Shown one piece after another: positions 38,749-50,833 of a DNA stretch of 64,000 nt (position 1 is its first letter; each line of letters opens with the position of its first letter). The notes beneath the pieces were generated by a model, which was given only the letters and a program-made list of their open reading frames with translations, did not search any database and was not told the origin of the DNA. The position numbers and the translations under genes are program-made. The stretch comes from Veleropilina oligotropha. Lineage: Eukaryota. Where the stretch lies: contig JBEUKZ010000032.1 in the NCBI GenBank assembly GCA_048128005.1, forward strand, positions 310,001-374,000. Reading direction: 5' to 3'.

Positions 38749-39779
38749 CTGAAATAAGGATTATAAGCATAGGTTATACACGAGGTTTGGTTGTCTAATC
38801 GAGAAGCGCCGAGTTGATTAACTGCACGAGCTTTTCCGATTAGATAACACAAACATAGTGATATGACCGACTTAAACCATTGCAAAAGTGCACAATAATT
38901 TAAAATATCTGACTTTAATAACCTAATACACCCGTTTTTAATGTAAGAAAGTAGTACACTGTGGTCTAACTGCCAATATTTTCAGTTAGACCACGGGCCA
39001 AGACAATAGAATGACGTCACCAAATTGGTTTAAAGTATTGATAATGAACACTTACACTGCTAATAAATGTTTTTTAAAAGACGTTCACCATAATTTTAAC
39101 TTTAAATAGTATAAACATTTACAAATCTATGCGCAGAAAATGTTATGAGTTAATTGTATACTTAAATACATATGATTTGATTTTATCTGTATATATCATA
39201 CATGTATTAAGTTTACTGGTTCCCACCATTCAACGAGGGCAAGGATAAGTCTGTTTAGTGTTTGGTGGTCATGCCAGGTGCTGTAAACAAAACAGTTTGA
39301 TTTGATAGACATGTCAAAATTGGGTCTCCGATCACAACAAAACTGAAATATTGTTAAAATATACGAATATATGCTGCACGTTTGTCAAATGATTCCAGAT
39401 CCATGAATCAACCATTAAATATAAAATATCACTGTTGACATTTCGGAGAATAATTATATCATGTTTGTCAATTAATGCATTATTCATGTTTTTATCATTA
39501 AAATAATGTGCTCAGGCAATTGTATAGACGACTGCTGTGCTTCACAGAAATGAGTGGGTACTTGGAGTTATCAGTTACTGTTGTTTGTATTATAACTGGC
39601 AAGTTTCACCAGGATATTCCACTGGATTTCCTGGAATCTCAGCTCGAGCAATATGCAGAGAAACTAGATATTGACCAGCTGTTCAATCGATTCACACAGA
39701 TATTTCCAACCAATGTTGGCATTTTGGTGACATTTTTAAATCAAAATTATTATACACAATGCAATACTAAACAAGCTAC

Positions 39780-39952
39780 CTCTTTCCGTTTTGCAATCTT
39801 TTCCAATCCTGCGCTGACAGCTATTTTACGAACAACATCTTTTGTGAGATCACCAACAGGAAATAAGGTCTTCCTGAGAGAATTCTGGGAAATTTGTGAT
39901 AGAAATAAAGTCTGATCCTTCTTCTTGTCTACAGCCTGCAGAAGCTTCACTC
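39780..39952 (-). CDS. TRMU: TRMU exon (GVKLLQAVDKKKDQTLFLSQI...FPVGDLTKDVVRKIA...AKRKE)
   Basis: Flanked by tacag and gtagct; KDQ..FL and FP.G.L.K..VR motifs. Confidence 0.95.
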
Positions 39953-40708
39953 CTGTAAAACAGTTTGTACATAAGTTAACATGAGCGTATCTGGGGTCCT
40001 GACCCCCTTTGAAAATTCATAAATGTGTGTACAATGTCATGTATATCATTGCCTTGTCAGTTTCATAACTCAAACAGGATCACCGGTGTAAGGGCAAACC
40101 GGATCAAACAAACATAAATATCGAAGGTGCGAATGATCCGAAAATTTACTCATACAGTGAAAAAATATTGGTAAAAAATATGGCGGTCAATATAATTTTT
40201 TAGGTTCATATCATATTTACCACTGCAAAAGTCCATAACTGTTTTATTATATACTTCAACCACAAACATCAGATTCTGTCTTCTATTTGTCAATTAAAAG
40301 TTCAATTATATCAACAAGAAATACACCACTTGAAACTACAGTTTGCAAACTTCAAATGTAATTTTTCCAAACAATTGGCAATTATTTAACAATAAAATAG
40401 TATTCAACTGCATATTAACATAAAAATAAACAATATATCGCAGTATGTCAATGATTTTAATCATCAGAAAATGTAGCAAATCGAACCATCATTTCAATGG
40501 GAGCGGTGTCAACAATAATTGTGGTCATCTGCAACTGACATCAGCAGATTGACTGTGCGTGCACTTCGATTGAAATTGACATATAAAGGGGCGTTTCGTA
40601 AACCATATTTGGACAGGTGGTATTTACTGAATAACTGGTGAATATGAATATTTATGGACTAGTCACGTGTATACTATAGGATCCGGCCAATGGGAGTGAG
40701 TTTATTTA

Positions 40709-41029
<321 letters not shown>

Positions 41030-41558
41030 TCATATATATATATATACATCACGTAATTACATCTTGAATGAAAAATTAATTAAAAATTTTGAAATAAAGT
41101 CGAGTTATCACAAGAGTGATGATATGCCCCAAACAAAATCTCTTTGACACATGAAGAGGATGTCGCAGCGATCTACTATCGGTACGCGACACACCTTTAG
41201 GTTATGACGCATACAAACATCAAGTTTCGTATTCATCTGTCAAATAGTATGGGAGATATGGAGCGTTTGGAAGTTTTTGATCAAATTGCGGTCAAGCGTG
41301 AAAAGCAGGTCGTGGTGACCTACGTGACACGTTTGGGTGATGACGCATTCACACATCTAGTTGCATGTCCCTAGATCAAATAGTATGGGAGAAATGGAGT
41401 GGAAGGGAATTTTGGACCAAATGCGGTCAAGTGTGAAAATTAGGTCGCGGTGACCTACTGTTGGTACACGATATACACTCTTGAGTTATGACGCATCCAC
41501 ACATTTTCGCATCCTAGTAATGTAAATATGCTGCCAATCATGTTACAATTATAGTTAA

Positions 41559-42012
41559 AGAGACTATTGCCCGAAAATGCGCTCTTTCTTTTTTAAAAAG
41601 AAAACTAACAGCATTACACTTTTGTTTATAACTTAAAAAGTTAGGAATTTTCAACACTCAACTTTCGTCAGTAATTTGCTACCGTTTAAATTAATCGCTA
41701 CTGAATATTTAGAAATAATAAAACGTGGTCCGCGTTTTAATTACCTCGCACAGAGTTCATTCCCAATTGACCTAGTTGGAGCACAGTTGCATTGGTTTCT
41801 GCTCGTCAAGTAAGATAGCGTTCTACTTGACAATAACATATATTGCCCAGTTACAATAATAATTTCAATAAAAGTCTATCATTTGATCATATATCGATCA
41901 TATCTTCGCGAAATTTGTATCAATCTGCGCGAACCGGGCGATAGATGGTGTCAGGACAACTCGTGCCAGAGACAACTCGCGCGAAAGAGCGCATTTATGG
42001 GAAATAGTCTCT
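41559..42012. mobile_element. MITE with TTAA TSD and AG...CT termini (Kolobok-like)
   Basis: TIRs AGAGACTATTGCCCGAAAATGCGCTCTTT and AAAGAGCGCATTTATGGGAAATAGTCTCT, with TTAA on both sides. Confidence 0.8.
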
Positions 42013-42095
42013 TTAATATATTTACAAAGGTACTGTGATTATTTGCTGACACTAGTATACGTTAAGTATATTCAACATCATTTATTGGAAATTAC

Positions 42096-42261
42096 CAAAA
42101 CACATTATTCCAGTACTCCTTGACGAAGTTGACGTCATGCAACGGTATCCCTAAATGTTTGCAGGTGAAGTGAGCGTCTTCCCAGTCAGCATCTTCCGTA
42201 CAGACTCCAGTCTCATCAGCAATGTCCCAGTTCTTCATGTACAAACCCACAACATCATAAC
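42096..42261 (-). CDS. TRMU: TRMU exon ([13 protein letters not shown]...[30 protein letters not shown])
   Basis: Flanked by tgcag and gtaat; MKNWD and EYWN.VF motifs. The upstream SGGVDS exon was not found in the window. Confidence 0.96.
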
Positions 42262-43059
42262 CTGCAATTAATATTCACTCCATAACTTACATGATAATTA
42301 TAACTGTTTAATTGTTAAAAAAACTTATATCATCTAGGTAGATTATGCTTTGTACATCTTTTATACCACCAGTTTATTCAGCCCGTAGGCATGACAGAAT
42401 GTGTTTTCATAAAATATATATATATTTCTTATAGAAGAATCAGATTCAATTATTGCATGATGAAGAGTTGTGAGCGTGGAACAAATATATTATTTACTAT
42501 CAACAATACACATTTTTTATAAAAGTACAAATTTCATTTTAAATTAGATACGTATTCAAATTGTATACAAGATTCTATTGATTTGGTTTAAATTTTAATG
42601 TTATTGTATCTGTAATGGTATCTGATAAATACTGGTCCAGGTGTGTTCTCACAATTGAGAAAAATTCCCAGGGAGTGTGTGCGCTTAATAACTAGTAATA
42701 ATGTTGCTTGTATAATTTCATTTTAGGGTTTAGAACTTTGATGTTTTGGGTGTTAGTTTGTGATTGGTCGGTTGTTAAAGTAATAGCCAACCCGCATACA
42801 TAAACTTTTGTATTAGTTCTAATATTGTTTTAACTTTTATTACCTAAAAATAAAAGTTCAATATTTTTTAAATTCGAAGAAAAAACGATTTATATAATTT
42901 TTCCCTTCCTGGCCAGGTCTCCGCCATGTTGTCTGTCATCAGCGTGCGTGAATATGCGAGACTATGACGTAGATTACCCACTTTAGATGACAACATGGCG
43001 GAGTCCAGGCAATAAAGGGAGGAATTGTATAAATTGTTTTTTCTTCGAAATTAATATAA

Positions 43060-44117
43060 TTGGAAAATGTGAGGAACTCTAAGTTCAACGTATCAGTTAT
43101 GGGAGTCTTTAATTACTCAGATATAAATTGGAAAAATTTGCATAATGGGAAATCAGGAAAACATTTTTTAACCAAAATGCAAAATGAATTCATGCACCAA
43201 CATGTGGATTTCCCGACTAGAGGCAATAATGTATTAGATTTAGTGTTTTCCAGTGAGGTAAATATGGTGCAAAACATTAGCAGAATTGGGAAACTTGGAA
43301 GTACATGTAGGGATCATGATTTAATTTTATTTCAGCTGCACACAAAAACAATTGTGAAAACTAGCAAACAAGAAATACCAGATTTTCGAAAAGCAGATTT
43401 TGACAAAATTAAAGCAGATCTCAGAAATATAAACTGAGAGGGAACTGAAAACATAAATGCCAAATAATGTTGGGAAGTTTTGCGAAATAACATCGAAGAA
43501 ATAATGAAAAGAAATGTTCCATTAAAGTGTAGAAGCAAAAAACATTCACAACCATGGTTAACCAGGAAAGTCAGAAAAATTATAAGATGGAAATATAAAC
43601 GTTGGAAACGATACAGAGATCGAGTCACACGACACAGATGAGCACCAAAAATATAAAGTGAGAAAGAAAGTAAAAAAGAAATCTGAGCAGCCAAAAAAGC
43701 TTTTGAAGAAAAGCTAGCAAAAAACATCAAGGAAAACCCCAAATCTTTTATGTTTATATTAGGTCAAAACAAAAAACAAAAGATGTCGTAGATCCGATGA
43801 TCTCCTGAACGATGAACATGGAAATGTTATATCCGATGATACACAAATCTCAGAATCCCTACACAAATATTTTGCATCTGTTTATACGCTTGAGAACACG
43901 GTAAACATTCCACCGGTAAAAATTATTTATGAAGATCATGAAACTTGTTGTGAAAGTATTGAAATTACTACATGTACGGAAATGGTTGAAAAAAAGATAA
44001 GCTTACTAAATGTCAGTAAAGCTCCAGCTCCAGACAGCACATATAGTTCATATTCCAAATTGCTAAAATCTGGTAAAGATGAATTAGCAAAGCCATTAGC
44101 CATGATATTCAATAAAA
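43060..44117 (+). pseudogene. Decayed CR1-type LINE ORF2, segment 1 (endonuclease end to linker)
   Basis: G(V)FNYSDINW, PTRGNNVLDLVFS, DHDLI, FRKADF and later LAKPLAMIFNK; many stops. Confidence 0.88.
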
Positions 44118-45639
44118 TAGACAGCCGCCCGGCTATCAGGAACCCCAGCCTTATATAGCAATCAGACTGCCATATAAAATCTGTGATCTTGACCTTGCCA
44201 GTAGCCCTTGGCGAAACACTGTGCTAACTGTCCATCATGAAGAAGTTGGAATGAAAAAATAATTCAAAAGAAAGAAAAAATTGTGAGTATATTTAGACCT
44301 CTGTGACCTTGACCTTTGACCAAAGGCCATTACCGGCCCGGACAAAATTTGCCGCAATGTCAAAGGTCATTCACATGAAATTTCGCCACCATGGACTAGC
44401 GTATGATAGGGTAGTTAGCATACCATATGAAATGAGGATTAAGAGTAATCCCTTGTATCTATAATAATATACTTACGTCCTTACTAATGCCATAATAAGC
44501 CTATTATCGCTAAATCCGGACAAGGTGGAAATGGTAATTTGCACTTTTTAGTAAATTTAACCCAGTTGACCCACTGACCTGCTCGACCTCCTCCAGTTCA
44601 TGTCTATTAAGAGCTCGCCAACTCCCGCGAGATCCTCGTGACCCAAGGGTCAAGACCTCATCCGAAGTTTCTGCAAACCCCAAGACAAAGAACTTATATA
44701 AGAGGGGAGGTGCGAAGCAGGGTGGGCCAAGTGGGTAAGGACGTAAGTATATTATTATAGATACAAGGGATTACTCTTAATCCTCATATCTATATCAAAT
44801 ATACTTACGTCCTTACTAATGCCAAGAATAACTTTGGTTGGCGGAGTTATAAGTTCCATACACCAAAATTAAAACTTACTTGTTACCAGAAGACGACGCT
44901 TTAGCGTTGAGATCGAGTCCGTTCAGAGTGGATTTTACTGAGCATCAAATCTACCCTTACCCCGAGGTGAGATTTCGACCAAGAAATCTGGGAAAACACG
45001 CCAGGGATGTTAGTCGGACAGGTAACACGAAAGTGCATGTAGCTCCGGACACCGGCGGAAGGTATACCTTGAGGCACTCGTGTCATGAGCAAAGACAGTG
45101 GACTGAATATTCCGGACTCAAAGGTCGGCAGACAGAAAACTGCAAGACGTGGTTTTTAGAAGCACCCGAACCTAGGCAGGTTGACAGTGTTATAAAACCG
45201 TGACAATTATCAATAGATTGAAGAAAATTTCAATAACTTCATCTTGAATAATAAAATTTTTGCATGTCCAACTTGCAAAATGTCAACATGATACATGTTA
45301 CTTAAATAATTTTAAGTAGAGAATAATATTAAATTTTTTCCAATGTACGCACATTGAAATGTTCTGTGACAGCAAGGAGAACATTTTTAAAATAATATTA
45401 TATACAAAAAACATTATTAAGATTTCGTAATATAAATGTTCACATCCAATGTGGGCATTACTTCATATTAACTCAGTATGAATAGATAATTTCAATTTCT
45501 TAATCAGTTTTAAGAAAGAAATAACATTGGAGTAAAATTCTAAGTGTGTTACAATGTACACGAATAGAAAAACATTTCATTACCTCAGTTCCTTGGTAAT
45601 AATCCTTGGGAAAGTTTAACCAATCACTGATAGGATGAC

Positions 45640-48549
45640 CTAAATCCTGTAATACAAAGCTGATTTGCAGCGACAACCGAAATGCTATGATCGCTAGAGC
45701 CGTGGTTGCGTAAGCACGCAGGTAAAGGCGAACAAAGGAATAAGCATTCTTTCAATAACCGGCCTTCAAGACTGCATTGATATGTAAATTATACTTGAAG
45801 GGCAGTGAAGTCGCAAAGACCCGTGTTTCATGCGCGGGAATTGACGAGATCTCGATCTGGCGTGTAGGACCGCTTGTAAATTTCCTTTACAATAGAGACT
45901 TCCAACGTGATACAGTCGGCATGCGAATGTCGCGGTTGAATTGGGACATATGGTTTTATGAATAAAAGCTTTTGCCCTGCCGTAGGTCACTACGGGTCCA
46001 GTCCAGATAGAATCTCAGCGCACGAACGGGGTAGATCAGCCAGTTGATATCGTCTCTATCCAACATGGAGAGGTTACGGATACAAACCTCGGGACAGACA
46101 TCTTCAGGTCGTTGTGTCTTCGCTAAGAAGGCAAGGACCGTATGCAGCGTCACCGACCCATCGGTGTGGAAGTGTATATCCCGCAGCTCACCGGATAATG
46201 CGTGTATCGCCGATGCCCTGTTACCAGTCGTGAGAGCGGTAAGTAGAACGGTCTAATAAGTGAGATTTTTTAGGAAGCATTCACTCGTAAGGTCGAACGG
46301 ACATCTAGGTAAGCTTTGAGAATCAACAAGACACGTCACGCAGGCGGTCGCGCCTGTAGAATGGGTCGTTCGAGTTTTGCAGGAGCGTATAAAATCCGAT
46401 ATTGTCTTGTCGGTAGACAAGCGGGTGTGCACGCGGCCTTGTAGTAACGTCGTTGCTACGCATGAGCGGTAGCCTTTGACAGCGGAAATGGACATTCCAC
46501 GTTCGAGCAACGACGATAAAACTCGATAAATTGTGTCACAGGGGGGCGGAATAAATTGACTTGCCGCCCGCGACACCAATCCACAAATTTCTTCCATAGG
46601 TAGCTTGTTGTAGATTGCCTTCTAGATCGGTGGATGCGCTGGGCTGTCGCTCTAGAAAAGCCTTTCTCAATGAGCGATCTCTCGATAGTCGCCAGGCGTG
46701 AAAGTGAAACTCGCTCGCCGACGGGTGTAGAACCCGACTGCGCGGTTGTGATAACAAGTCTGTTATCTGCGGTAGCGCTCGTGGCTGATCGATGAGTAGA
46801 TCCAGAAGTGTCGGAAACCAGGACTGCGTGCGTTGTAGTGGCGCTATTAGCGTTAACTCGCAGTCTTCGCGGGTCGCTTTCCGTAGTACTTGTGCTAACA
46901 TGCACGACGGTGGGAAGGCGTAGGCGATCAGATTCTCCCATCTCATTGACAGAGCGTCGACCGCTATAGCGGCCGGGTCCGGGTAAGGAGACACATAGAG
47001 GGGGAGTCGGTGATTGTATTCGGTTGCGAATAAATCGACTTGAGGCGTCGACCACAGGCGACAGACATCTCGGGCTACACGGGCGTGTAGCGTCCACTCT
47101 GTGTGTATTATCTGTGTTTTCCGAGAGAGCGTATCCGCTCTGACGTTCAGCTTCCCCGGGATGTGTCGGGCTCGAATTGTCGAGTTGAGGGACATCACTA
47201 AGCGGTGTAGGTCGATCGCTCGGTCGCAAAGCGGACGGGAGCGGGTACCGCCCTGGTGCTGAATGTAAGCGACGACAGTCGTGTTGTCCGTTGCTAGCAT
47301 GATGTGCTTGTTGCGGAGATGTGACGAGAGGGACTGTACTGACAGGTAGACGGCTTCTAACTCTAGGAGGTTGATGTGTCGTCCCTGAAGGTCCGTAGGC
47401 CATAGGCCCGATGTCTCGTGACTGTCGAGGTGCCCTCCCCAGCCCTCGTTTGACGCGTCCGTGAAGAGGTAGGCGTTCGGTTCTGGGGGGGATATTGGAA
47501 CCGACTGGCTCGGCAGGGTAGTGTTCAACCACACTGCTGTCGTGCGATTGAACCAATGCCGTAGATCGATGCGATCCGTCCACTGTCCCGTACGTTGTAT
47601 CCAGCGGTCCTTGAAGGCCTGCTGCAACGGTCGTTTGTCCATGCGACCCGTCGGTAACAGGGGAGCTACCGACTCGATGTGCCCTAGGACAGTGGCCAGT
47701 CGTCGCGCTGTAGTTATCCGTGAAGACTTTGTTTCCAGTATAACTGCGCGTAGGTTCTCTATACGTTTCTGAGTCGGTTTCGCGGTGTACCGGACCGTGA
47801 CGAATTCGACCCCTAGAAATATAAACGTCGTCGAGGGCACGAAGCAGGATTTGTCGTTGTTGATCTGTAATCCTAGGCGCTTCGCCGATGACAGGGTAAC
47901 GCTCATAGACTGGAGGCACTGATCCCGGGACGCCCCGAGAATCAACCAGTCGTCGAGGTACATGTGTACTCTGTGCCCTTGCGAGTGTAGGAAGGCCCCG
48001 AGGGCCTGTACTACCCGCGTGAAGACGTACGGGGCTGATGATAGACCGAACGGTAGACACCTGAATTGGTAGACCGTTCCCCCGTGAACAAACCGTAGGT
48101 ACCGGTGAGCCGAGACGTGCATCGGAACGTGTAGGTACGCATCGGTTAAGTCGATAGACGCTGCCCAGTCGCCCGGACGGATGGCCGTTCGTATCTTCGA
48201 GAGTGTTTCTTGCTTGAACTTCTCGGTACGAAGATACTGGTTGAGGAACGACAGATCGAGGATCGGTCGCCAACGGCCATCGGGTTTCGGGACCAGGAAA
48301 AAGTGGCTGTAATATCCTGGTGTGCTGGGCGGCGCGGGATAGATCGCTCTCTTTGAGAGTAAATCCCGCACTGCCTGGTCTAGGACGGCTTGTTTTTCTC
48401 CTATCAGGAGACGAGCGCGTCCTGGTGGTGGTGTCGCGTCTAGGGTTGGATGCCGGTCGAATGCCAACTTGTATCCGGCACTCACGACTGAGTGAACCCA
48501 GTTGTCCCCTGTCATTTCTAGCCAGGACAGGCTGTACTCTAACAGACAC
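45640..48549 (-). pseudogene. DIRS ORF3 / tyrosine recombinase, overlapping the RT ORF, frameshifted in the catalytic domain
   Basis: The 697-aa ORF 46456-48549 is followed by fragments SAVKGYRS, FLAKTQRP and YPVRALRFYL. Confidence 0.85.
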
Positions 48550-49673
48550 GCTCCCACCGGCGGCAGCGTGTAACTGGGCTCGTCGCGAGCGTCGGCAACC
48601 CTAGACCGCGGCTTCCCTCTCCCGCTCTGACGGGATTTGGTCGGAGGTGCCGTTTTCGCAGTAGATTTATTGGCCTGAGAAGGCCCACTATGCGAAGGTT
48701 TGGCACGCTTGGAAGGCTTATGGGACCGGGACGGTCCCGAGCGCTTCCTTGAGGTGGCAGCCGACGTACTACGAGGAGTATCCAAGACTGCCTTCTCAAC
48801 AGCGCGATCCTTGAGGTCGGTCGCTCTGTTCTCGACAAATTCGGCGAATTTGTCTCCGAAGAGAGTAGGGGCCGACAGCGGCACGCAACGTAGAGACTGC
48901 CGGGTGGCGTCGTCTAACGTGGTGCCGTCTAGGCAAGCGTCTCTACGGAGTAGGACCGCGTTACCTAAGGATCGGGCTGATTCCGACGCGTAGTTCTCCG
49001 TGGCGGCGGCAACCTCTTCGAGGAAGGACAGTGCGATCTCTCGAGCGCGGGGTCCATCCTGTTGTAGCACGGTAATAGCTCCGTCCAGGAAGGAATCCTG
49101 GATGGAGGAATGCCGTAGAGCTCGACGGGCGGAGCTCTCAAAGCCCTCCATGGCGACCCATGGGACTTTGACTACTGAGGGAGCCGTACTGGCCGACAGG
49201 CGACGCATTGCTGCATCGATCTGAACCGGCTCGGTCGCCAGACACGTCCCAGAGCACCCGATCGGAATCGGACGCTTACTGGGCCGGAGGTACCTTCCCT
49301 TACGGAGACCACTAGGGTACTCCGTTAAAGTGGAAGTCTCCACCGATTTGGACCCCTGAATGGATTTAGTCGTCGAGTCGAGGACGAGCGAGACCAACCC
49401 AGACTGGGGTAGGGTAGGAAGCAGGGGGGCTTCCGGCCCATCAAACCGACGTGCCGTTGTCCTGTGCGTGACTCCGCTTACCGGCAAGGCCGGGTCGAGC
49501 AAGTCAAGCACCCCGCGAAGCGACGCAACAGCGTCGTACCTTCGGCGGGTGGCGGAGACGGCTTCATGTGTGCCAGAACGACTACGAGAGCCGTCTGGTC
49601 CGACCGATTCAGGGAGGTCAGAGTGAGGAGTAGGAGTGGTGTTCTCGTTGGTACGAGAATCTACTTCCATCAC
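46536..49673 (-). CDS. DIRS polyprotein: gag C-terminal part, RT, RNase H and DAM-like methyltransferase
   Basis: FLVPKPDGRWRPILDL, LPFGLSSAP, YLDD, FTDAS, HINLLEL, TDNTTVVAY, NVRADTLSR, DLFA and YAFPP in one 1045-aa ORF. Confidence 0.93.
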   Translation of the reverse strand: MMEVDSRTNENTTPTPHSDLPESVGPDGSRSRSGTHEAVSATRRRYDAVASLRGVLDLLDPALPVSGVTHRTTARRFDGPEAPLLPTLPQSGLVSLVLDSTTKSIQGSKSVETSTLTEYPSGLRKGRYLRPSKRPIPIGCSGTCLATEPVQIDAAMRRLSASTAPSVVKVPWVAMEGFESSARRALRHSSIQDSFLDGAITVLQQDGPRAREIALSFLEEVAAATENYASESARSLGNAVLLRRDACLDGTTLDDATRQSLRCVPLSAPTLFGDKFAEFVENRATDLKDRAVEKAVLDTPRSTSAATSRKRSGPSRSHKPSKRAKPSHSGPSQANKSTAKTAPPTKSRQSGRGKPRSRVADARDEPSYTLPPVGACLLEYSLSWLEMTGDNWVHSVVSAGYKLAFDRHPTLDATPPPGRARLLIGEKQAVLDQAVRDLLSKRAIYPAPPSTPGYYSHFFLVPKPDGRWRPILDLSFLNQYLRTEKFKQETLSKIRTAIRPGDWAASIDLTDAYLHVPMHVSAHRYLRFVHGGTVYQFRCLPFGLSSAPYVFTRVVQALGAFLHSQGHRVHMYLDDWLILGASRDQCLQSMSVTLSSAKRLGLQINNDKSCFVPSTTFIFLGVEFVTVRYTAKPTQKRIENLRAVILETKSSRITTARRLATVLGHIESVAPLLPTGRMDKRPLQQAFKDRWIQRTGQWTDRIDLRHWFNRTTAVWLNTTLPSQSVPISPPEPNAYLFTDASNEGWGGHLDSHETSGLWPTDLQGRHINLLELEAVYLSVQSLSSHLRNKHIMLATDNTTVVAYIQHQGGTRSRPLCDRAIDLHRLVMSLNSTIRARHIPGKLNVRADTLSRKTQIIHTEWTLHARVARDVCRLWSTPQVDLFATEYNHRLPLYVSPYPDPAAIAVDALSMRWENLIAYAFPPSCMLAQVLRKATREDCELTLIAPLQRTQSWFPTLLDLLIDQPRALPQITDLLSQPRSRVLHPSASEFHFHAWRLSRDRSLRKAFLERQPSASTDLEGNLQQATYGRNLWIGVAGGKSIYSAPL

Positions 49674-49702
49674 CGAAACATGAGCCGAGCCCGGCGTTAC
49701 GG

Positions 49703-50833
49703 TCAGAGACGTTGGGACCTGGGGCGGCAGGGTAGCCTACAACGTGCCTCGATTTCCGTCGCAATCATAGCCTGGACGTTCTCAAGAGAGAAACCCGTAG
49801 GCATGACGGACGTCGGACCAACAGCCATTGGTCCGCTCGAGGTTACCGTAGCGCATGGTGGACGGGCTGCACGGACAGGTGGAGCCGAGTACCAGGGACT
49901 CGGGTTACCTGTCGGGAAACCGCAGCCAGGGAAACGGCCCGAAGGCGCGTTAAACGGTGCGAACGACCCGTAAGACTGCGACCACAGTCTATACGGGTCT
50001 GTAACCCTGTTCCGGTGAGACACGGGGGAAAATCCGCCGTAAGCCTCAGCCCCGAACGCAGCCGGTCCTACCACACCACCCGGGACGTCTTGATAAGAAT
50101 CGTCAGAGGAGGTTGGCCTTCCATCACTCTCGTGGGCTCCGACGGTGGCGGGATTAGCCTTTAAGCTAGCGCCGTCGTCGGACGAGAGGACGGGTTGCGT
50201 CGAGCGTCTGGAATTTCTTCCACTTTCGTGGTATCCAGCAACTGTATCGACTTTTTCTGCTAGTCTCCTTCGCCTCTTTTCAGAGGTTACTTGACTCACA
50301 GAAGGACTAACGCCGCCTTGCTCCTCCGAGGCCGGAGGAGAGGAAAGGTTTTGTCTGCCCTGCTCAGCTTTTCGCCGCAGCGCTCGACGTATCTTACTGG
50401 CCGGCAAGATACTATGAGCAACGGTTACTAGGCCCAAAGGCGAGGAATCGGACGGCACTCGGGCCTGTACCTGAACCATGGATCCCGACGAAGTTACTGG
50501 GACTTTTCCCAAAGTCTCAGAGGTTCGGACGGTGGATCCCGCGATAACCGCTGTCCCAACACGGCTATTACCGAGAGTATCTGAAACAGAAAGTATAGGA
50601 TCAAAGCCTGTCTCTAAACTTTTAAGCTTCTCGGTGGCTGTCCCATCGGAAGAAGACACCCTGGTCGTCTTCTTCGATGGGAAAAGAGTCTCCCACTGCC
50701 GATTTGTTAGTGCTATACAATGCTCACATGGATGGTTCTTATCGCTAGAACAAACACGGTGAATAATGCATTCGGAGTGCCTGTCAAAACCACGGATTTT
50801 CTGTCGGCACCCGGAAACACTGCAATACTGCAT
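49703..50833 (-). CDS. DIRS gag-like ORF1 with N-terminal Cys/His finger
   Basis: C..SGC....DRHSECIIHRVC......CEHC at the N-terminus; located upstream of the RT ORF. Confidence 0.85.
   Translation of the reverse strand: MQYCSVSGCRQKIRGFDRHSECIIHRVCSSDKNHPCEHCIALTNRQWETLFPSKKTTRVSSSDGTATEKLKSLETGFDPILSVSDTLGNSRVGTAVIAGSTVRTSETLGKVPVTSSGSMVQVQARVPSDSSPLGLVTVAHSILPASKIRRALRRKAEQGRQNLSSPPASEEQGGVSPSVSQVTSEKRRRRLAEKVDTVAGYHESGRNSRRSTQPVLSSDDGASLKANPATVGAHESDGRPTSSDDSYQDVPGGVVGPAAFGAEAYGGFSPVSHRNRVTDPYRLWSQSYGSFAPFNAPSGRFPGCGFPTGNPSPWYSAPPVRAARPPCATVTSSGPMAVGPTSVMPTGFSLENVQAMIATEIEARCRLPCRPRSQRL

Noticed and set aside
46900..47050. Adenine methyltransferase-like motifs as a novel captured gene
   Set aside because: A DAM-like MT domain after RNase H is an established part of DIRS elements.
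47521..50762. Plus-strand ORFs inside DIRS copy B
   Set aside because: They are antisense shadows of the gag and RT ORFs with no motifs.
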